NCBI GenBank assembly: GCA_001949185.1
Contig: BDGG01000004.1
Location: 149,620 to 213,619, forward strand
Length of the DNA stretch: 64,000 bases
Source of the DNA: Ramazzottius varieornatus
Lineage: Eukaryota; Animalia; Tardigrada
Direction of reading: 5' to 3'
The first letter of the stretch is position 1. Each line of letters starts with the position of its first letter. A program made the position numbers and the translations under genes. Positions 60,316 through 64,000 of this stretch are shown here, piece by piece. The notes under the pieces are model-generated. The model did no database searches, was not told where the DNA came from, and saw only the letters and a program-made list of their open reading frames with translations.

Positions 60316-63300
60316 ATGAAGGGCGCACAAAAGCTGTTATACCATTCACTTGCGCGTGGAAAAACGCGTCCTGTTAAGCGTATTCTTCTTTTGTCGTGCT
60401 GTTCCTTTTGGATTATTTTGTGCTTTCTTCTTGCTGACGATTTGCTAGCTGTACTACGAAACTTCGATCATGATGAAGCCAGATATTTAAACTTTTCCAC
60501 TCGACTGAACCAGAGCAAGCTTACAAAAGATGAAGATACTGTTACAACCGAGGTGCCATACGCTGGAGCTCCCCTTTTTGATGTCGATCTGACGTCTGAT
60601 AAAAAGTTGGTTATAGCTTAAAAGGAGAAGCTTCGAAACTGAAGACAGCAAAAACACATTGTGAAGGTAAGTGAGTTTTGACTGCTTGGCATGGGCAGCA
60701 GTACTAAACACAACAAATGCAAAAATACTGGTTGCAGAGATCATTACGTAGTACGTAAACTCGTAGTAGTTTACTGACTTTTGGTGACCTTACATACGTG
60801 GGATTTTGGTTCAAGATGATGAAATATGCTTGGGATGGTTACGTCCAGTATGCCTGGGGAGACAACGAACTGCGTCCGACTACCAAGCGCGGCTTCAATC
60901 CACCTACTGTTGGAACCAAGGCATCTGGGGCAACGATTATTGATGCGGCGGACACTTTGTACATCATGGGATTGAAATCTGAATTCGAGCGAGCGCGAAC
61001 ATGGATAGCATCATCTTTCAACATATCTAGCTTTGTAAGTCATAATTTAATTATAGAGTTAAAACCGGTAGTTCTCACTTGTCATTTCTGAACGGTCTGT
61101 GAGTACAAAGGGGAGGGCGGGGGGCGGGACTAACAGCGATACCTCATGTGGGTGGTTTTTCTCTGCAGCAGAAGATCACATGACTACGAAATTTTATTTG
61201 AGGGCGAACTTATGGTACAGTGATAATCCTCACTACTTCGGTACGTCATTGACAGCTCAGCTTATTTGGGAGTGTGCGGTAAACCTCGAGGTCACTTTTG
61301 GAGGCTCGAGAAAATGTAGAAAAAACCCGAGGATGCCACTCTACAGCACGGCAAGATGACGTCATGGACATGTAAGTTTGTCAGACGCAAGCCACTTACT
61401 AGCTCGCTTCAGCTTATAGAATTCACTTGTATGACGTACCGAAGAAGTGAGGATTATTACTGTATCCGACAAACGAACTCGCGGACTGGACCTGTTTCGC
61501 AAGTCATGTTTTCGGCTTGCACAGCATAAGTATAGGTTATATGCTGTGCAGTTATCCACGGCTTATGTTTTGCCTAATATTGCTACACAGAGTTTAAAAT
61601 TCTGGGCAAGCTGAGTTGATTGTACTATTGACCACTTTGGTCGAAATTTGAAATTTTAGTCGAGTGGAGCATGATCAGACCAATCAGCGAATTGGACTTG
61701 GCGCGTCAAGGGATCCGAGCTACACGCCTCTCCCACATTGCGCCACTTGACTTCCGCTCTCGTTCCTTCTCGAAATCCATCATGTTTTCGACCGAAACTA
61801 GCATTGAAGTCAGGAAGAGATAATTGTCTTCCCCAAGCTATCGCCAGAAGAAGCGGAAGAAGTCCGGGCTTTATCCAGTAGAGGGCTAAATGACAGGCCT
61901 CGTGAACTCCGATGCCCTGCTGAACTCGCGCGGCCTAATATCCCTTTATGCTAATATTCTGTGCCGGAAGTGAGCAAACCGCGAAACGGTTTCTGCACAG
62001 AAACTGACACAGTATGAAATCATGAGATTTAATTCTATTCAGAGCCGAAACCTGACTTGCGAAACACGTCTATTGACTTGGACAGGAAACGAAAACGCTA
62101 TGCTTATTCGTGTTCAAGATCCGCAGTACTTCGCCGCGACAACGAGAGATTCAATGCTTTGTTCAATTGATTATAAAATGAAGATTTTCTCATGGGGAGA
62201 ATAAAAACAAAAAGTCCTTTCCAAGACAAACAGGCCGTCACTGCTCAGTAATTGTCGAATTTCGTGGCACAAGACAATAGCATTCTGAGGTCTTTTTCAA
62301 ACCAACCTGCCGTCCGATATGCGGCAAACAGTGCACCTATAAACCCCTGCAATTTTTCTGTTCGCAGGAAGGAGATGTCTCAGTTTTTGAGGTCACCATT
62401 CGATATCTTGGCGGTCTGCTGTCCTGCTATGCGTTGACGAAAGACAAGGTATGAAATGGTATGAACGCGTTTTTTCGGACAAACTACAGTAGTCTTCTCA
62501 GTGCGTATCGATTCTGGTGGTTTAATATTTAGACAGGGCGTTGTCTCGTATCAGCCCTGCCGCTGGAAAATTCTGATGTGACAAACAGCTGGGGAACGGC
62601 TAGGTCGAACCTGACGTCACGGCTCAAACCGATGTGTTAGCCGTGTATGTACGCTGTACCCATTGAACCGTCACGTAGACAAAGCCGGATTCGCTTGAGT
62701 TGACTGATCCGGACTGCGAGCTGAAAGTCACATGATAGGCACTACATACGGACAACGCATCCTCACAGTGGCTATTGCGCAGCGGCAGGGCTCTCTCGTA
62801 TGGTCATTTACATCACTTGCAGCTTTTGCAGCCGAGAAACAACCAGTCCGTTCATCACCTTCGTCCAAGTCTTCATTTTAGATATTTTTGGGCAAAGCCG
62901 AGGAGCTGGCTACTTCCCTCATCCCGGCCTTTGATTCGCCAATGGGAATTCCATACTCTCTGCTCAACCTGAGGACGTGAGTGGAATCGTACTTGACCCA
63001 GCTGCTTGGTCGCATGAACGACCGCAAGACTTAATTTGATCTCCGTAGTGGAAAAAAGTTGTAGCATTGTTGTTGGTGGTCATATGGGTGCAGACGTTTG
63101 CGTCGATGAAGATGTTTGTGCTTCTAGTAGTAAAGCCAAGCAAAACCCCAAATGGACTTCCGGGATGTCTATACTTTCCGAAGTTGGATCTCTGCAGCTG
63201 GAGTGGACTTACCTGTCAAAAGCCACAGGCAAGAATGTTTTCAGTGAAAAGGTGAGGTTGTACTTTTCACTCCGACCTAATGTTCGGCATTCCGTGGGTC

Positions 63301-64000
63301 ACGTTGACGTAGTCCATCTGACCCAACTGCAACTCGTTGACACGATCTTTACAGGTCGCAAAGATTATCCAGCATCTGTATAACTTGACAAAGCCGGCAG
63401 GATTATATTCAAACTATCTGGATTCAATGAGCGGGAAATGGGGCTCGAAGTACGTTTCGCTCGGTGCATACGGAGACAGCTTCTACGAATACCTATTCAA
63501 GATGTGGCTTTGGGGCGGTAAAACGGACAAACGGCTGAAAGAGATGTTCGACAGTGCACTAGTGGCTGTTGAGAAACACACGATGAAGACTTCGAAGGCC
63601 GGCCTGCTTTATTTTACACGGTTTCCCAACGGAGCTCTGGACCAGATGGAACATTTGGCATGCTTCGCTGGAGGCATGTATGCTCTATCTGCTCCACATG
63701 CGGCCCAGCCCGAACGTTCTATGGAAGTTGCGAGAAATGTCACCACAACATGCCACGAATCATACGCTCGGACTGGTGAATCAGCGCTATGTTTATTCTA
63801 CGTCTGGTTCAATATCTAATCAGCGTTTTCTCTCACCTTAGCATATCACTTAGGGCCAGACATCTTTAACGTAGATCCTAGCACGCCTGCCAGCACGGGA
63901 CGTGAAGGACACAAAGCTTATTTGTTACGTCCGGAGGTTATCGAGTCTTACTTCTACTTGTGGCGACTGACCAAGGAACCTAGGTACAGAGAATGGGGAT
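60316..64000 (+). CDS. Class I alpha-1,2-mannosidase (GH47, Golgi MAN1A-like); two in-frame stops in exon 1; runs off window
   Basis: Exons 60316-60666, 60816-61034, 62368-62448, 62882-62976, 63128-63251, 63355-63775, 63842->64000. Motifs AWGDNELRP, SVFEVTIRYLGGLLS, SEVGSLQLEW, GDSFYEYL, EHLACF, LRPEVIES. Confidence 0.88.
61218..61462. mobile_element. TA-flanked MITE in mannosidase intron
   Basis: 32-bp TIR CAGT(G/A)ATAATCCTCACT(A/T)CTTCGGTACGTCAT, TA TSD. Confidence 0.88.

Overview
Intron-containing animal genomic DNA with roughly balanced GC and short GT-AG introns. The gene families suggest a tardigrade (Ramazzottius-like); that is an inference, not a database result. Host genes reconstructed by hand: the 3' part of a CYP2-clan P450, AP-2 sigma, Sprouty, a two-exon secreted 8-cysteine miniprotein missed by the ORF track, a 14-exon RERE/atrophin, a secreted lipocalin-like gene with a broken partial duplicate, and a GH47 alpha-1,2-mannosidase with two stops in its stem. 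A cyclase-less natriuretic-peptide-receptor-like pseudogene (32-42.5 kb) is hit in three exons by three different elements: a Tc4/Tc5-type transposon at CTNAG, a Tc1-type MITE, and an Ngaro-like tyrosine-recombinase retrotransposon with unusual termini. Also present are two intron-bearing pogo-like transposons, a decayed hAT with a nested mariner-like element, and several MITEs and foldbacks. No rRNA, tRNA or CRISPR array was recognised.
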